From positions 1 through 35,034 of the forward strand of contig CAMDGP010000001.1 in the NCBI GenBank assembly GCA_945897765.1: a stretch of DNA of 35,034 nt. Direction: 5' to 3'. Every line of letters begins with the position of its first letter. Position 1 is the first letter of the stretch. Origin of the DNA: Chitinophaga pinensis. GTDB lineage: Bacteria; Bacteroidota; Bacteroidia; Flavobacteriales_D; Crocinitomicaceae. Shown piece after piece: positions 33,897-35,034 of the stretch. Made by a program: the position numbers and the translations under genes. The notes below the pieces were generated by a model, which was given only the letters and a program-made list of their open reading frames with translations, was not told the origin of the DNA and made no database searches.

Positions 33897-34450
33897 ATAT
33901 TATTTTAGGTTCAAATTCTCCGCGAAGAAAGGAATTATTAGCAGCTTTAGGTTTTGAATTTACCACATTAAACCCCGACATAGACGAAAGTTTTTCTGAT
34001 GAAATTCCAGTAGAAAAAGTTGCAGAATACCTTGCCGAACAGAAAGCAAAAGCACTGGAAAATCAACTTCAAAAAGACGATTTATTGATTTGTTCAGATA
34101 CAGTTGTGATTATCAACAATGAAATTTTAGGAAAACCAACTGACGCACAAAACGCTTTTGAAATCTTGAGACAACTTTCTGGAAATACGCACAAAGTAAC
34201 TACAGGTGTAGCCCTTAAATCAAATAATAAAACAACCATCTTTTCGGCTGAAACAATCGTAAGTTTTACAGATTTAAGCGATGAAAAAATTCGATTTTAC
34301 ATAGATAAGTTTCAACCGTTCGATAAAGCCGGTTCTTATGGAATTCAAGATTGGATTGGATTAATTGGCGTTAAAAAAATAGAAGGTTCTTATACGAATG
34401 TGATGGGTTTGCCGACTTGTGAGCTGTATGAAGCGATTTTGAATTTTTGA
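33893..34450 (+). CDS. maf: Maf-family nucleoside triphosphate pyrophosphatase (septum formation protein Maf)
   Basis: Start set at ATG 33893 (MNIILGSNSPRRKELL), overlapping the UbiA stop (ATGA). Motifs DTVV, GKP, HxVxTGV and AGSYGIQ are present. The track's upstream extension from 33848 overlaps the UbiA gene and looks non-native. Confidence 0.9.
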   Translation: MNIILGSNSPRRKELLAALGFEFTTLNPDIDESFSDEIPVEKVAEYLAEQKAKALENQLQKDDLLICSDTVVIINNEILGKPTDAQNAFEILRQLSGNTHKVTTGVALKSNNKTTIFSAETIVSFTDLSDEKIRFYIDKFQPFDKAGSYGIQDWIGLIGVKKIEGSYTNVMGLPTCELYEAILNF

Positions 34451-34893
34451 ATTGTGAAGACCTAATGTTTAATTTGATTTCAAGAAAAAACCATTCAATA
34501 CTGCTCCGATTTGAAATTGTAATTTCAGTTTAAAAAAAGCGATTTATACATATAACCCTTGTTTTTGAGATTTATTAATTCATTATTTTCAACTAGCCGA
34601 ACAAAACGAAAAACAACTGCTACTAAAAACTTTATATTTCTCATCCAAACTAAATCTAATCATACGGCAATTCTCTTGAAAAATCGTTGATTTCGTTTAT
34701 GTCTTCCCACGATAGTCCGTTTAATAAATCCACTTCGCCATCAGGGGAAATTAGAAATTGAAATGACTTTTCATAAGAACTGCATGCAGACACACTTTAC
34801 GGAGGTTTTGAAAAACCCGTTTTTGGTTTAATTCCTTTTAGAAATCATCCAAATTATCATTTCAACGAGAGTAAAGAATACGTTCACGACGAA

Positions 34894-35034
34894 ATGAAGT
34901 ATGGTTTCATGGATTTAACAGGTAAAGTCATTATAAAACCGAGTTATGAACGCTATCAAATTCCCAATCCAAAGAAAGAAGAAATCCTCTTGATAGATGG
35001 AAATACGGTTACCAAAATCAACCGTAGAGGTGAG
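34894..35034 (+). CDS. WG-repeat (KWG-like) protein, 5' part; runs off the right edge; start uncertain
   Basis: Frame 1 is open from 34777 to the window end. KYGFMDLTGKVIIKPSYERY matches the WG-repeat pattern (aromatic-G-[FY]-[IM]-D-x-x-G-K-x-[VI]-I-x-P-x-Y). The first in-frame ATG is 34894. Upstream, the same frame has stops at 34759 and 34774. Confidence 0.4.
   Translation, partial: MKYGFMDLTGKVIIKPSYERYQIPNPKKEEILLIDGNTVTKINRRGE

Noticed and set aside
1-35034. Scan for CRISPR arrays, IS elements, transposases, integrases, phage genes, toxin-antitoxin pairs or restriction-modification genes.
   Set aside because: No regularly spaced direct repeats with unique spacers were found. No ORF has DDE/transposase, tyrosine or serine recombinase, nuclease/helicase or DNA methyltransferase signatures. 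The only SAM methyltransferase sits in a glycan locus and lacks DNA-MTase motifs such as DPPY or PCQ.

Overview
The window looks like a low-GC Bacteroidota (Flavobacteriia-like) chromosomal segment. Supporting signs are two proteins with type IX secretion (T9SS) C-terminal sorting domains, TonB-dependent receptors with N-terminal carboxypeptidase-regulatory-like domains, TAnnTTTG -7 promoter boxes, and a typical Flavobacterial housekeeping set. All family calls come from reading the ORF translations by eye; no database search was run.

Layout:
- 1-5.9 kb: a very AT-rich glycan-modification cluster. It holds a GNAT acetyltransferase, a SAM methyltransferase, a flippase-like membrane gene split by an in-frame TGA, a GtrB/ArnC-like GT2, a hexapeptide acetyltransferase and a 656-aa polytopic membrane protein.
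- 5.9-13.4 kb: one 2493-aa T9SS surface protein built from three roughly 700-aa supermodules, transcribed divergently from the cluster across only 28 bp.
- 13.6-24.6 kb: a long minus-strand run with guaB, two parvulin PPIases, a MoxR ATPase, a small His/Cys-rich protein, a TonB-dependent receptor coupled to a 71-aa Cys/His-rich lipoprotein, and a serine hydrolase.
- 24.7-26.8 kb: a CarboxypepD_reg protein, a structured repeat-bearing intergenic element, and a DUF4389 (internally duplicated) / DUF805 membrane pair whose proteins share a C-terminal LLDN tail.
- 26.9-30.2 kb: a T9SS-tagged beta-sandwich protein translationally coupled to a second TonB-dependent receptor.
- 30.3-35.0 kb: queE, a TPR/PD40/OmpA lipoprotein, a UbiA prenyltransferase, maf, and a degraded-looking WG-repeat gene at the right edge.

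I saw no rRNA, tRNA, CRISPR array, transposase or integrase. The best leads for undescribed biology are the putative three-component periplasmic glycosylation set next to the giant adhesin, the receptor plus Cys/His-rich small-protein locus, and the DUF4389/DUF805 pair with its upstream repeat element.
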